This document shows, in pieces, positions 20,058 through 30,081 of a stretch of DNA of 64,000 bases. The notes below the pieces were generated by a model that did no database searches, had not been told where the DNA came from, and saw only the letters and a list, made by a program, of their open reading frames with translations. Where the stretch lies: positions 5,919 through 69,918 of the forward strand of contig DATBWZ010000039.1 in assembly GCA_036514535.1 (NCBI GenBank). Reading direction: 5' to 3'. Every line of letters begins with the position of its first letter. The stretch's first letter is position 1. Position numbers and translations under genes: made by a program. The stretch is from a bacterium. GTDB lineage: Bacteria; JAMCPX01; DATBWZ01.

Positions 20058-21352
20058 AAATCCGCAGCAAACGCTACATTAAATTTTTCAATAATTGCCC
20101 TGTAGAATCCTGTTGAAGAATACTGGTTATTTGATACTGTAATGTGTCTTGAGTTTAAAGGTTGATAGTGGGTAAACCCGCCGCTGATTTTTAGGTTCTT
20201 TGATAATCTGTATTCTCCGGATATAAAGGCAAGGATCTTGTCAAATTCAAGGTTTAATGCCGAAATATACTCGGAAGGAATACCGCTCGGATCATATCCA
20301 AAGCCAAACCCGATCTTAGAAATTTTGTTCGGAGAGTACCTTAAGTCAAACTTCCAGTTTATCGTGTCTACAAATTTACTTTGCAGTTTGTAGGGATTGA
20401 ATTTAAGCAGGTTCAGCAGATTCTGCATGGTTGCGTCATCCGATATAAGATCTACGGTAATATTCTTGTTTACGGACCAGTCATACCATTGGGCAATAAA
20501 ATTTGATTCCCACTGCTGGCTTAATAAATATTTTGCGCCGAAATTTATCGCCTGCGGAAAGTTCTGGTGCGCAACAGCGTCCAGGTCTAATCCGTCACCC
20601 AGCACAGAGAGCAGGGGACTGTTTGCTTCTGGTCCCCTTGTTATGTATGCAGGCCCTTTGTAATCTGCCTTGAATGGGGCAAGGTAAGCTGCCCCAATTG
20701 TTAATCCACGGACAGGTTTCGCTGTTACCCCCAAGCTGAAAGAAAACGCATTTGCTTTAAGCCAATCCAGATGAGCCCGCATTTCAGTTGAAGGGTCTTC
20801 GTTATTCAACAGACCTATGCTCATTTTTGCATCCAGCAAGCCGAATATGTAATTAAGAGCGGCACCGACGGAGAGTTTCTGAGAAATCATGTAACTTACC
20901 GCGGGCCCAAAATTTGCCGTAAAAAGGAGCGCATTTGTTCCATTGAAACGTTGCGGCCCGTCCTTGTCCCATGCCGCCATCCTGCCCATGTGCGCGTATC
21001 CGGCAATCCCAAAACTTAAAGGAATATTTTTTACTGAATGTGTTAATCCAAAGTAGGGGGGAGGTATAAAACTTGAGGCGGATGTTTCATCATATTTATT
21101 TAATTCTTTCAGGTCTGAACCATACTCAATTCTCTCATAAGAAACATTTTGATAAACAGGCGGCAGATCAAGAAAAATATTTGTTCCCTTTGAGAAACTG
21201 ATGGCGGATGGATTCCAATACAGCGCTGCAGGATTTGGGTCTGTTGGTCCTGAAAAGTTGCCGCCGATATCCGGGACCAGATATCCGTTTGAATGTAGTT
21301 TTGTGTGCAGGGATATTAATAATAAAAACAATAAAAACAAGTACCGCCGCAT
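20054..21352 (-). CDS. FadL/TodX-family outer-membrane channel (paralog 2).
   Basis: ALYWNPSAISF motif. C-terminal aromatic residue (…AADF). Signal peptide begins at the internal Met (MRRYLFLLFLLL), so the start is placed at 21352 rather than the ORF-track 21406. Confidence 0.7.
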   Translation of the reverse strand: MRRYLFLLFLLLISLHTKLHSNGYLVPDIGGNFSGPTDPNPAALYWNPSAISFSKGTNIFLDLPPVYQNVSYERIEYGSDLKELNKYDETSASSFIPPPYFGLTHSVKNIPLSFGIAGYAHMGRMAAWDKDGPQRFNGTNALLFTANFGPAVSYMISQKLSVGAALNYIFGLLDAKMSIGLLNNEDPSTEMRAHLDWLKANAFSFSLGVTAKPVRGLTIGAAYLAPFKADYKGPAYITRGPEANSPLLSVLGDGLDLDAVAHQNFPQAINFGAKYLLSQQWESNFIAQWYDWSVNKNITVDLISDDATMQNLLNLLKFNPYKLQSKFVDTINWKFDLRYSPNKISKIGFGFGYDPSGIPSEYISALNLEFDKILAFISGEYRLSKNLKISGGFTHYQPLNSRHITVSNNQYSSTGFYRAIIEKFNVAFAADF

Positions 21353-21440
21353 TAACCCCTCCGGACAATTTTGTAATAAATTATAATAAAAAGGGGCAAT
21401 TGTCAACTGCTTTTTTTTTCAGGCTGGATTCCTGCTTTGC

Positions 21441-21468
21441 TTGATTTATATTGGCAAAAAAATATAAT
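21441..21468 (+). promoter_or_regulatory. Candidate sigma70 promoter for aroD (TTGATT-16 nt-TATAAT).
   Basis: Read in the divergent intergenic region. Its position implies the aroD start is the ATG at 21475. Confidence 0.4.
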
Positions 21469-21474
21469 AACAGC

Positions 21475-22194
21475 ATGGGTATTGTTAAAATCGGCAGGGT
21501 GCGTCTTGGCCATCCCACAAGAATTGTGGGAGTTGTTACCGGACAAAAATCCCTAAAAAAATTAAAAGAAATTAAAAAAAATGGCGCAGAAATAATTGAG
21601 CTCAGAGTTGATCAACTGAGGTCGCATAAACCAGAATATATCAAGGCGATAATTGATAATATCAAGCAGACTGGTATTCCTGTTATAGGCACAATAAGGC
21701 ATACGGAATGGCGAAAAAAATATGGCGTACATGCAGAGGAAAAAAGGCTGGATTGTTTTTCAAAGATTATTTTTTCTGTAGATGCTGTTGATATTGAGCA
21801 TGAATCAAACAAAATAAGGGACAAGGTTATCTCTTTTGCAAAAAAACATAATAAAACAGTAATCTATTCCTACCATAACTTTTTTAAGTTACCCGCCCCC
21901 GCTGTTTTGGACAGGATTTGCACGAGATTCAGAAGTTCGGGAGCAGATATTCTGAAGCTTGCAGTGACAGTCAACTCCCTTGAAGATGCGTTTGAGTTTA
22001 TGATTTATGTTAAAAAACTCTCAAAACTCTCCCATGTTATCGGAATAGGAATGGGAGAAGCAGGGAAGTTTACAAGAATTTATGGTGGACTTTTTGGCTC
22101 CTGCATAACCTATGCTTACATTGACAGAAAAGTTGTCCCGGGCCAGTTACCACTTCGCGGACTAAAGAAAAAGATTGAGGGGATTTATTCTTAA
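21475..22194 (+). CDS. aroD: 3-dehydroquinate dehydratase, type I.
   Basis: IVGVVTG...ELRVD... motifs of type I DHQase. The ORF-track start at 21451 is a TTG inside the predicted promoter, so the ATG at 21475 is preferred. Confidence 0.75.
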   Translation: MGIVKIGRVRLGHPTRIVGVVTGQKSLKKLKEIKKNGAEIIELRVDQLRSHKPEYIKAIIDNIKQTGIPVIGTIRHTEWRKKYGVHAEEKRLDCFSKIIFSVDAVDIEHESNKIRDKVISFAKKHNKTVIYSYHNFFKLPAPAVLDRICTRFRSSGADILKLAVTVNSLEDAFEFMIYVKKLSKLSHVIGIGMGEAGKFTRIYGGLFGSCITYAYIDRKVVPGQLPLRGLKKKIEGIYS

Positions 22195-22274
22195 ATATTT
22201 TCCGGATTACTTCGTTTATACTTTCATTAAAGAAGTTTTGGAATAAATCGTAAAAAAGGGTTCAGTCTCTTTGT

Positions 22275-23549
22275 TTATGTTCCTAATTCCCAGGAACTAA
22301 GGTATTTTTTCTGTTCTTTTGTTAGAGTGTCAATTTTTATGTTCATGTTTTTAAGTTTCAGGAATGCTATCTCTCTGTCAATTTTTTCTGGCACGGAATA
22401 GACCTGATGCTCTAATAGGGAACTATTTTTTACAAGATATTCCGCCGATAGCGCTTGGTTTGCAAAACTCATATCCATTACACTGGAAGGGTGCCCCTCG
22501 GCGGCAGCAAGGTTAATAAGCCTGCCTTCACCGAGAAGATACAATCTTTTCCCATTTCTAAGTGTATATTCTTCAACAAGATCGCGGATAATTCTTTTTT
22601 TACTGCTAATACTATTCAATCCGGGAATGTCCAGTTCTACATTGAAATGCCCTGAGTTGGATATTATGGCGCCGTTCTTCATTTTTAAAAAGTGTTCCTT
22701 TCTGATTACGTTTATATTTCCAGTAAGAGTGCAGAAGATTTCACCTTCTTTTGCTGCCTCGGTAATCGGTTTTACTGTGAATCCATCCATTACTGCTTCC
22801 AGCGCCTTGACTGAATCTACTTCAGTGATGATTACATTTGCTCCCATACCGCGGGCGCGCATTGCAACGCCTCTTCCGCACCAGCCGTATCCGCATACGA
22901 CAAAGATTGAACCTGCAAGCAGCCTGTTTGTCGCGCGGATTATGCCGTCAATCGTGCTCTGTCCGGTGCCGTATCGGTTGTCAAAAAAATGTTTTGTCTG
23001 AGCATCGTTAACCGCTATGATGGGGTATGCCAGGACTCCGTGCTGGGCCATACTTTTCAATCTGATTACTCCGGTAGTAGTCTCCTCGGTTCCTCCAATT
23101 ACACCGTTTAATAAATTCCGCATATTTTTATGAAGGGTTGATACGATGTCCGCACCGTCATCCATTGTGATTGAGGGTTTTATGCTGAGTGCATTGGATA
23201 TATGTTTATAGTATGTTTTGTTATCCTCGCCTTTTATAGCGTAAACGGAAATTTCCAGGTGTTTTGCAAGAGACGCTGCCACATCATCCTGCGTACTTAG
23301 AGGATTTGATGCGCACAGGCTTACATCCGCTCCTCCGAAAACCAATGTTTCCATCAGATTAGCTGTCTCTGTTGTTACATGAAGACAGGCGGTTATTTTT
23401 GTTCCTTTGAGGGGTTTTTCTTTTTGAAATCTTTTTGTGATTGAATTAAGAACAGGCATGGTCATTGCTGCCCATTCTATTCTCAATTTTCCTTTCTCTG
23501 CAAGATTTATATCTTTAATATCGTATGATTTTCGCAAGGCGGGGCTCAC
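22275..23549 (-). CDS. ahcY: Adenosylhomocysteinase.
   Basis: NAD-binding [10 protein letters not shown]. Conserved ...[10 protein letters not shown]... 424 aa. Confidence 0.92.
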   Translation of the reverse strand: MSPALRKSYDIKDINLAEKGKLRIEWAAMTMPVLNSITKRFQKEKPLKGTKITACLHVTTETANLMETLVFGGADVSLCASNPLSTQDDVAASLAKHLEISVYAIKGEDNKTYYKHISNALSIKPSITMDDGADIVSTLHKNMRNLLNGVIGGTEETTTGVIRLKSMAQHGVLAYPIIAVNDAQTKHFFDNRYGTGQSTIDGIIRATNRLLAGSIFVVCGYGWCGRGVAMRARGMGANVIITEVDSVKALEAVMDGFTVKPITEAAKEGEIFCTLTGNINVIRKEHFLKMKNGAIISNSGHFNVELDIPGLNSISSKKRIIRDLVEEYTLRNGKRLYLLGEGRLINLAAAEGHPSSVMDMSFANQALSAEYLVKNSSLLEHQVYSVPEKIDREIAFLKLKNMNIKIDTLTKEQKKYLSSWELGT

Positions 23550-24703
23550 TTAACAGATTTCTTTAGCTCCGCTACCTTATCAGTCCTTTCCCAGCTGAAT
23601 TCTGATTCGGATCTGCCGAAATGCCCGTAACTGGCTGTTTTCTTGTATATAGGCCTCAAAAGGTCAAGGGTTTTGATAATGCTCATCGGCCTCATATCAA
23701 ATATTTCAAGGCAGGCTTTTTCTATTTTACTCTCTTCAACTTTTGCTGTTCCGAAGGTATCAATCATGAATGATACCGGTTTGGCAACTCCAATTGCATA
23801 AGCAATCTGTGTCTCGCATCTATCGGCAAGACCGGCTGCCACAATATTTTTTGCTATATACCTTGCCATATATGCGCCGCTTCTGTCAACCTTTGACGGA
23901 TCCTTCCCGGAAAAACATCCACCGCCATGTCTGCCCATTCCGCCGTATGTGTCAACCATGATCTTTCTGCCTGTTAAGCCGCAATCACCCTGCGGTCCGC
24001 CTATTACGAACCTGCCTGTCGGATTCACATAAATATTTGTATTTTTTGCCATCAAATCCGACGGAATGATTGGTTTAATTACCTCTTCTATTATGGAATT
24101 ATGGAGGACCTTCTGGGATATATCAGGCGAATGCTGAGCGGCAATTATAATATTTGTTACCATTTTAGGTTTGCTGTTTTCGTACTCAATTGTAACCTGG
24201 GATTTTCCATCAGGCCGCAAGAATTCAAGCCCGCTTCTTCTTTTTTTCGCCAATTGCATTGTAAGCTTATGAGCAAAGCTGATAGGGGTTGGCATTAATT
24301 CCGGGGTCTCGTTGCATGCGTATCCGAACATCATACCCTGATCGCCGGCGCCCTGGTCCATCCCATCCTTATTGTTAACACCCTGCGCAATATCAGGGGA
24401 CTGTTTTTCTACAGCGACAAGAACAGCGCAACTCTGCCAGTCAAATCCCATTTTCCCGTCGGTGTAACCAATATCCTTGATCGTTTCACGAACAATGGGC
24501 TGAAAATCAATTGTTCCGCTTGTGGTGATCTCTCCGGCAATTATAACCATACCTGTTTTTACGAGCGCTTCACAAGCTACCCGGCTGTTTTTATCCTGGG
24601 AAATGACATTGTCAAGAATTGAATCCGATATCTGGTCGCAGATTTTGTCCGGATGCCCTTCGGTAACGGATTCAGATGTGAATAAAAACTTTCTGTTCAT
24701 CAT
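23546..24703 (-). CDS. metK: S-adenosylmethionine synthetase.
   Basis: [21 protein letters not shown]-terminus and GGGAFSGKD motif. Overlaps ahcY by 4 nt. Confidence 0.95.
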   Translation of the reverse strand: MMNRKFLFTSESVTEGHPDKICDQISDSILDNVISQDKNSRVACEALVKTGMVIIAGEITTSGTIDFQPIVRETIKDIGYTDGKMGFDWQSCAVLVAVEKQSPDIAQGVNNKDGMDQGAGDQGMMFGYACNETPELMPTPISFAHKLTMQLAKKRRSGLEFLRPDGKSQVTIEYENSKPKMVTNIIIAAQHSPDISQKVLHNSIIEEVIKPIIPSDLMAKNTNIYVNPTGRFVIGGPQGDCGLTGRKIMVDTYGGMGRHGGGCFSGKDPSKVDRSGAYMARYIAKNIVAAGLADRCETQIAYAIGVAKPVSFMIDTFGTAKVEESKIEKACLEIFDMRPMSIIKTLDLLRPIYKKTASYGHFGRSESEFSWERTDKVAELKKSVK

Positions 24704-24766
24704 AATCGATAAATATTATATGAATTAATAAATTGTGTCAATAAAATTGTTCGGATTTTGCGAAAT

Positions 24767-26500
24767 CTACCCGTAGGGAAGGTAATCGCCAAACTTTTCG
24801 CGCAGCAATGTTATAATTTCGGATGAATTTTTCATTGATAATGCTGCGTTTGCAATTTCTTCTGCAGTAGTTATGTCAATGGAATTAATAATCTTTTTGA
24901 CCAGGGGAACTGTTTTAGGATCCATTGAGAGATGCCTAAGTCCAAGGCCGATAAGAATAGGTATATAAAAAACATCTCCTGCCATTTCGCCGCAGATATT
25001 CACCTCAATGCCGGCCTGGAGTGCAGATTGGATTATATTTTTGATTAATCTCAATATGGCTGGATGAAGCGGATTGTAAAGATAGGCAACGTGTTCATTT
25101 GTACGGTCAATTGCGAGGGTGTACTGGATAAGGTCGTTTGTGCCAATGCTGAAAAAATCGACCTCCTTGGCTAATATGTCTGAAATTATGGATGCAGATG
25201 GGGTTTCTATCATTATTCCTACAGGTATATTCTCATTAAATTTTATCCCGCTTGTTTTAATCTCCCTCTTTATATCCAGAATGATTTCCTTTGCTTTTCT
25301 TATCTCATTGATATCTGCAATCATTGGGATTAGAATTTTCAAGTTTCCGTAAGCGCTTGCCCGGAGTATAGCTCTCAACTGCACCCTGAACAAATCTATA
25401 TTATGCAGACAGAGCCTGATTGCCCTGAGTCCCAACGCGGGATTTACCTCCTTTTCAAAATTAAGAAATTTTGCTAGTTTGTCGCTTCCGATATCCACAG
25501 TTCTTATTATGGTAGTAAGTGCCCCCATTTTTTCTGCAACTTGTTTGTATACGCTGAAATGTTCCTCCTCTGCAGGCATTTCTGTCCTGTTCAAATATAA
25601 AAATTCTGTTCTGAATAGCCCTATGCCTTCGGCACTATTGGCAATTACGGCAGGAATCTCACTTAAGAATTCAACATTTGCCATCAATTTTATATAAGTC
25701 CCATCTATGGTTACAGGAAGAAGGGTTTTTAATTTTTTGAACCCTTTTTCTTTTCTGATTATTTTTTTCTGCAGTTTAATATACTTCTGATAGATTTGCG
25801 GCGAAGGATTTATTATTACTTCTCCGTCAATTCCATTTATAATTACATTATCATCAGCTTTTGCCTTGTTGCAGATTTTTTCAATACCTACAACAGCAGG
25901 TATTTCAAGTGCTCTTGCGAGGATTGCCACGTGGGATGTTCTTGTCCCCATTTCGGTTGCTATGCCGAAGACTCTTTCATTTGTGAATAATGCTGTGTCA
26001 GCAGGGGAGATGTCCCTTGCAATAATAATACCCGTATTGTCAATTTTTTCCTTCTCCGGTTGTTTTATGCCCAGGTTTTTAAGAACTCTTTTGAAGACAT
26101 GTTCAACATCCCTGCTTCGCTCTTTTATATACTCATCTTCAATTTTCGCGAAAGTATTTTCTATTTCGGCAAGTATCCTTTCTATAGCCCATTCTGCGTT
26201 GATCTTTTCATCTCTAATGATTTCCAGGGTCTTTTTAATAAGCGCCTTGTCTTCAAGTATCATAATGTGCGCATCAAGAATAAATATGACATCTTTTCCA
26301 ATCTTTTTATCTATTTCCTTTTTAATTTTTTTAATCTCATTTTTTGTCGTATCCAGAGCTTTAACAAATTTTTGTTTCTCTTTCTTAATTCCGGAAGGTT
26401 TTATATGGTAATGCGAAACAGGTGTGGCATTGCTGTCAAGAATTATTGCCTTGCCTATCCCAATACCTTTTGATACCGGTATGCCTTTAAGAATTTCCAT
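24767..26500 (-). CDS. ptsI: Phosphoenolpyruvate-protein phosphotransferase (PTS enzyme I).
   Basis: Phospho-His region GTRTSHVAILARALEIPAVVG and PEP-utilizing C-terminal domain. 577 aa. Confidence 0.9.
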   Translation of the reverse strand: MEILKGIPVSKGIGIGKAIILDSNATPVSHYHIKPSGIKKEKQKFVKALDTTKNEIKKIKKEIDKKIGKDVIFILDAHIMILEDKALIKKTLEIIRDEKINAEWAIERILAEIENTFAKIEDEYIKERSRDVEHVFKRVLKNLGIKQPEKEKIDNTGIIIARDISPADTALFTNERVFGIATEMGTRTSHVAILARALEIPAVVGIEKICNKAKADDNVIINGIDGEVIINPSPQIYQKYIKLQKKIIRKEKGFKKLKTLLPVTIDGTYIKLMANVEFLSEIPAVIANSAEGIGLFRTEFLYLNRTEMPAEEEHFSVYKQVAEKMGALTTIIRTVDIGSDKLAKFLNFEKEVNPALGLRAIRLCLHNIDLFRVQLRAILRASAYGNLKILIPMIADINEIRKAKEIILDIKREIKTSGIKFNENIPVGIMIETPSASIISDILAKEVDFFSIGTNDLIQYTLAIDRTNEHVAYLYNPLHPAILRLIKNIIQSALQAGIEVNICGEMAGDVFYIPILIGLGLRHLSMDPKTVPLVKKIINSIDITTAEEIANAALSMKNSSEIITLLREKFGDYLPYG

Positions 26501-26505
26501 ATCTC

Positions 26506-26802
26506 TTATTCTTCGTTAAATTTTGACTCAATCAGTGCCTTCAGTTTATCAAGCGCTTGTTTTGCATCCTTGCCTTTTGTGCTTATTTTAAGTTCGGATC
26601 CGCGAGCAGCAGCAAGGGTTAGAAGTCCCATAATGCTTTTGCCATTGACTGATATGCTATCTTTGATGACAGTGATTTCGCTCTGAAACTTAAATGCCAG
26701 CTGGACGAACTTTGCAGCCGCACGGGCATGCAGTCCCAGTTTGTTTGTAATCATGCACTTATATGAATAATGATTTGTTTTAGAGTTTTTGTCTGAAGTC
26801 AT
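26506..26802 (-). CDS. ptsH: HPr/NPr-like phosphocarrier protein with a ~15-aa N-terminal extension.
   Basis: Active-site region KLGLHARAAAKFV. The start at 26802 gives an ATGA overlap with the upstream EIIA stop. The ORF-track start at 26892 adds 30 implausible Cys-rich residues. Confidence 0.8.
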   Translation of the reverse strand: MTSDKNSKTNHYSYKCMITNKLGLHARAAAKFVQLAFKFQSEITVIKDSISVNGKSIMGLLTLAAARGSELKISTKGKDAKQALDKLKALIESKFNEE

Positions 26803-27206
26803 TTTCTGTTTAATTTTAAAATTTCGCTGGCAATTGAAATATTTTTCTGTCCGTAATTCTTTACAAATTCGGCAAGTTCGCCAAGTTTCCATCCTTCTCT
26901 ATGCGTACATAATTTCAGAAGAATGGGGAGATTTACACCTGTTATCACCTCAACTTTGTTTTCTTCAAGGAAGGAAAGCCCCACATTTGAAGGGGTGCCG
27001 CCAAACATATCTGTGAGTATTAATACGCCATCTCCCTGATCCGCTTTTTTAATTGTTTCAAGAATTTCTTTCCTCAGATTATCTACGGATTTGCTTGGAT
27101 CAACGCTTATAGCATACATGTTGTCTGCTTTGTTCATTATAAATTGTGTTGTAAGCAGCATTTCCTGTGCAATATCTCCGTGCGACACTATAATTACCCC
27201 AATCAA
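26799..27206 (-). CDS. PTS EIIA component, mannose/fructose family.
   Basis: N-terminal MIGVIIVSHGDIAQE (His in SHG). 135 aa. Confidence 0.8.
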   Translation of the reverse strand: MIGVIIVSHGDIAQEMLLTTQFIMNKADNMYAISVDPSKSVDNLRKEILETIKKADQGDGVLILTDMFGGTPSNVGLSFLEENKVEVITGVNLPILLKLCTHREGWKLGELAEFVKNYGQKNISIASEILKLNRK

Positions 27207-27216
27207 TTTATTCTCC

Positions 27217-28092
27217 TTAGATTTTATTTACATCCCTGTGTTTAATTGTAAGACGAAAGCCTTGTTTTTTCAAGTGTTCTTTTAATTTTTCCACGATTGC
27301 AACGGATCTGTGCTTGCCTCCGGTACAGCCTACGGAAATTGTAAAATATTTTTTCCCTTCGTTTCTGTATTGAGGAAGAATATATTCAAGAAAACTGAAC
27401 CATCTTTTTAAAAAATTACTTGTATCCTTACTGGAGAGAATAAATTTCTGAACCTTTTTGTCCAGCCCCGAAAAATTTTTAAGGTTTTTATGAAAATAGG
27501 GGTTTGGCAGAAATCGCACATCCATAACAGTGTCCGATTCGCTTGGGATCCCAAACCGGTATCCGAAGGAAATCAAATTTATTGTAAGCGTGTCTTTATC
27601 TCTTGGCTTAGACAGATATTTAAACAGTTCTGTTCTCAACTGATTAACATTTAACATTGTCGAGTCAACTATGATGTCGGCTATTGCCCGCACCGGCGAT
27701 AGCAATTTTCTCTCCATAGCAATTCCCTTTCTGACGCTTCCCGTGAAATCAAGCGGATGCTTTCTCCTGGTCTCACTGTAGCGCCTTATTAAGGATTCAT
27801 CTGCGGCATCCAGAAAGATAACTGTAATGTCAATCCCTATGTTTTTTAATTTTTTTAGTTCCACCGGGACCATTTTTAAAAAATCCCCTTCACGGACATC
27901 TATACCGAGTCCGATAAGAGAAAATTCTTCAGTAGAATTCGCGCACAGTTCTAAAAATTTTGGGATCAGAACTGACGGCAGATTGTCAACGCAATAATAG
28001 CCCAGGTCTTCAAGAACCCTGATAGCGGTGCTTTTTCCGGATCCTGAAAGTCCGGTAACAATAACAAGTTTTTGTGTTTTCTTCTTGGTCAA
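27217..28092 (-). CDS. rapZ: RapZ/YvcJ-family P-loop nucleotide-binding RNase adaptor protein.
   Basis: Walker A GLSGSGKS near the N-terminus. 291 aa. Conserved position between hprK/ptsN and HPr. Confidence 0.85.
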   Translation of the reverse strand: MTKKKTQKLVIVTGLSGSGKSTAIRVLEDLGYYCVDNLPSVLIPKFLELCANSTEEFSLIGLGIDVREGDFLKMVPVELKKLKNIGIDITVIFLDAADESLIRRYSETRRKHPLDFTGSVRKGIAMERKLLSPVRAIADIIVDSTMLNVNQLRTELFKYLSKPRDKDTLTINLISFGYRFGIPSESDTVMDVRFLPNPYFHKNLKNFSGLDKKVQKFILSSKDTSNFLKRWFSFLEYILPQYRNEGKKYFTISVGCTGGKHRSVAIVEKLKEHLKKQGFRLTIKHRDVNKI

Positions 28093-28119
28093 TTTTATTA
28101 CCTTAATTAAAATTAAACG

Positions 28120-29040
28120 CTAAGTTCCTTCAATCCGGAGCCTGTTCTGCAGATTTTTTCTTATATCCAGCGTAATGTCATACCCCATTTTCTTTAAAAG
28201 GTACATTCTTGATGCGACTTCTATAAGTGTGCAGATATTTCTGCCTGATTTAACAGGGATAACCGTTTTGGAGATCTTTTTGCCCAGAATATTTAACCAT
28301 TTTTGGTAGCCAAGCCTGTCAATAGCAGCAGATTTTTTTTCCATCAGTTCAACTACGAGTTCAAGTTTTTTTCTGTCTCTTACAGAAGAAACTCCGAAGA
28401 TCTTTGTTACATCCATTATGCCCAGGCCTCTGATCTCAATAAAATGGGCGGTAAGTTCAGGCGAAGTTCCAAAAAGTTCACCTGTATCATCTTTGTAGAT
28501 CTCTACGATATCGTCGGATACGAGACGGTGTCCCTTCGTTATTAACTCAAGCGCAATTTCACTCTTTCCCATCCCGCTTTTGCCCTGGATCAGGATTCCA
28601 ACACCAAAAACATCAACAAGGACTCCGTTTATAACCGTAGTATTTCGCTGCAGGTGAGAGAGGATCTTTTCGCATTTATTGCAAAAGTCCTTTTCTGGCA
28701 AAAGCGTCTCAATCAATGGCAGCATATTGGTATCGCAGAAATTTTTCAGACCTCTCGGGACAGAATGGGCGTAATTTTTTATTATTCCGGCAATCCTGTT
28801 TCTTTTTATTTTTTTGAAAAGCGATTCCTGCAGTGTTTTATTTTTCTGGAGATCCCTTAAAGAGTTATCCGGCAAATAAAGCAGGGAAAGTCTTCTGCTG
28901 CTTGTTTTATCTAACTCATCAAGATACTTGATTTTTATACTGCCTATATTCCTCCATAGGCCATTCTTTCCGCATATTAGCCGGAGACCCAGTTTATTCT
29001 GCTCAATATTTATAAGGTTTTTAATAGTAAGGTATCCCAT
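28120..29040 (-). CDS. hprK: HPr kinase/phosphorylase.
   Basis: P-loop GKSGMGKSE and ...IEIRGLGI... motifs. 306 aa. Confidence 0.9.
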   Translation of the reverse strand: MGYLTIKNLINIEQNKLGLRLICGKNGLWRNIGSIKIKYLDELDKTSSRRLSLLYLPDNSLRDLQKNKTLQESLFKKIKRNRIAGIIKNYAHSVPRGLKNFCDTNMLPLIETLLPEKDFCNKCEKILSHLQRNTTVINGVLVDVFGVGILIQGKSGMGKSEIALELITKGHRLVSDDIVEIYKDDTGELFGTSPELTAHFIEIRGLGIMDVTKIFGVSSVRDRKKLELVVELMEKKSAAIDRLGYQKWLNILGKKISKTVIPVKSGRNICTLIEVASRMYLLKKMGYDITLDIRKNLQNRLRIEGT

Positions 29041-29508
29041 TTATATATTCCTTTTTGTCCGGGATTCTTCCTTTAGAATTGCTTCTACTATATCTTCAGA
29101 TGCGGATAAAGATATAAGGTTCTCCCGTATCTTTTCGGAACTCAGGATGTCGCAGATTTCAGCGAGTATTTTTAGATGCGTATCCGCCGTCTCATCCGGA
29201 GAGAGAAGCAGAAAAAACAAATGGGCTGGTTTATTATCCGGGGAATTAAAATCAACTCCATGGCTGCTTCTGCCGATTATTAGTATAAAGTTTTTTAACC
29301 CCGAGACCTTGCCGTGCGGGATTGCTATTCCATGCTCAATGCCCGTGCTGCTGAGTTTCTCCCTTTCCGATATAATTCTGTACAGAGAGTCTTCAGATAA
29401 TTTAAATTTTTCGGCTGCAGCGCTGGCAAGTTCTTTTAGAACGCCCTGCTTTGTCCTGGACTTAATTTCAATTACAGCATCTTTCAATATTATGTCCTTT
29501 AAGTGCAT
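29041..29508 (-). CDS. ptsN: PTS EIIA-Ntr (nitrogen regulatory IIA).
   Basis: EIIA-2 fold with GIAIPHGK phospho-His motif. 155 aa. Immediately downstream of hpf and rpoN. Confidence 0.88.
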   Translation of the reverse strand: MHLKDIILKDAVIEIKSRTKQGVLKELASAAAEKFKLSEDSLYRIISEREKLSSTGIEHGIAIPHGKVSGLKNFILIIGRSSHGVDFNSPDNKPAHLFFLLLSPDETADTHLKILAEICDILSSEKIRENLISLSASEDIVEAILKEESRTKRNI

Positions 29509-29526
29509 TACGACATCTACTCTGCT

Positions 29527-30057
29527 TTATGCCAGTTCAGGTGCCAGGACCTCAAATGAATTTTCACGTTTTTTATGGATGATCTTGACATTGTTCTTTG
29601 TTACATCTATGAAAATAAAAAATTTTTCATTATTATGACTAAAATGTTCCATTGCTTCACTTAACGCCATTGGCTTTAATTTAACAATCTTTTCTTTTAG
29701 TTTAATTTTGTTTTTGGAATTATCATCATTTGTAACTTCTGTGCCAAAAAGTGCTTTTTTAGGGACTACCCTGCGTTTTTTGAGCCTATCCCTTTCCTTT
29801 CTTGCAACATTTTCTGCCACAGAGGATATGGAATCAATAACACTGTGCCAGTCTTCCCCTGATTCTGTAACATTAAAATTGAATTTATGGGACTTGATAT
29901 TAAGTGATAATTCAAAACGATATTTTTCATGTGCGATGATTGCTCTGATCTGAATAGGATCTTTCAGCAACTTCTCCACCTTTTTCAATCTCAGGATAAG
30001 ATATTCACGCATATCATTTCTGTGCGACATGTGTCTGAATGCAACGGTTATTTCCAT
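29527..30057 (-). CDS. hpf: Ribosome hibernation-promoting factor (long form).
   Basis: N-terminus MEITVAFRHM... of the sigma-54 modulation/YfiA family. 176 aa. Follows rpoN. Confidence 0.85.
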   Translation of the reverse strand: MEITVAFRHMSHRNDMREYLILRLKKVEKLLKDPIQIRAIIAHEKYRFELSLNIKSHKFNFNVTESGEDWHSVIDSISSVAENVARKERDRLKKRRVVPKKALFGTEVTNDDNSKNKIKLKEKIVKLKPMALSEAMEHFSHNNEKFFIFIDVTKNNVKIIHKKRENSFEVLAPELA

Positions 30058-30081
30058 TTCCCCTCCTTTTGTGTTTTTGGT

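Noticed and set aside
22276-22310. Imperfect palindrome (cctaattcccaggaactaagg) that at first looked like an intergenic regulatory site.
   Set aside because: It lies inside the 3' end of the ahcY coding sequence (encodes …SWELGT) and is imperfect. Probably coincidental.
25866-26473. 181-aa and 137-aa plus-strand ORFs inside ptsI.
   Set aside because: Antisense to enzyme I, which has clear catalytic motifs. Ser/Ile/Phe-rich low-complexity translation.
26803-26892. 30-codon Cys-rich N-terminal extension of the HPr ORF in the six-frame track (METWRTCRICKELRTEKYFNC…).
   Set aside because: The ATG at 26802 forms a classic ATGA overlap with the upstream EIIA stop. The extension would also overlap the EIIA coding region in another frame. 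It is more likely an artefact of taking the longest ORF.
28928-29638. 236-aa plus-strand ORF spanning the hprK/ptsN/hpf junctions.
   Set aside because: Antisense to three tightly packed, well-supported genes. Low-complexity sequence.
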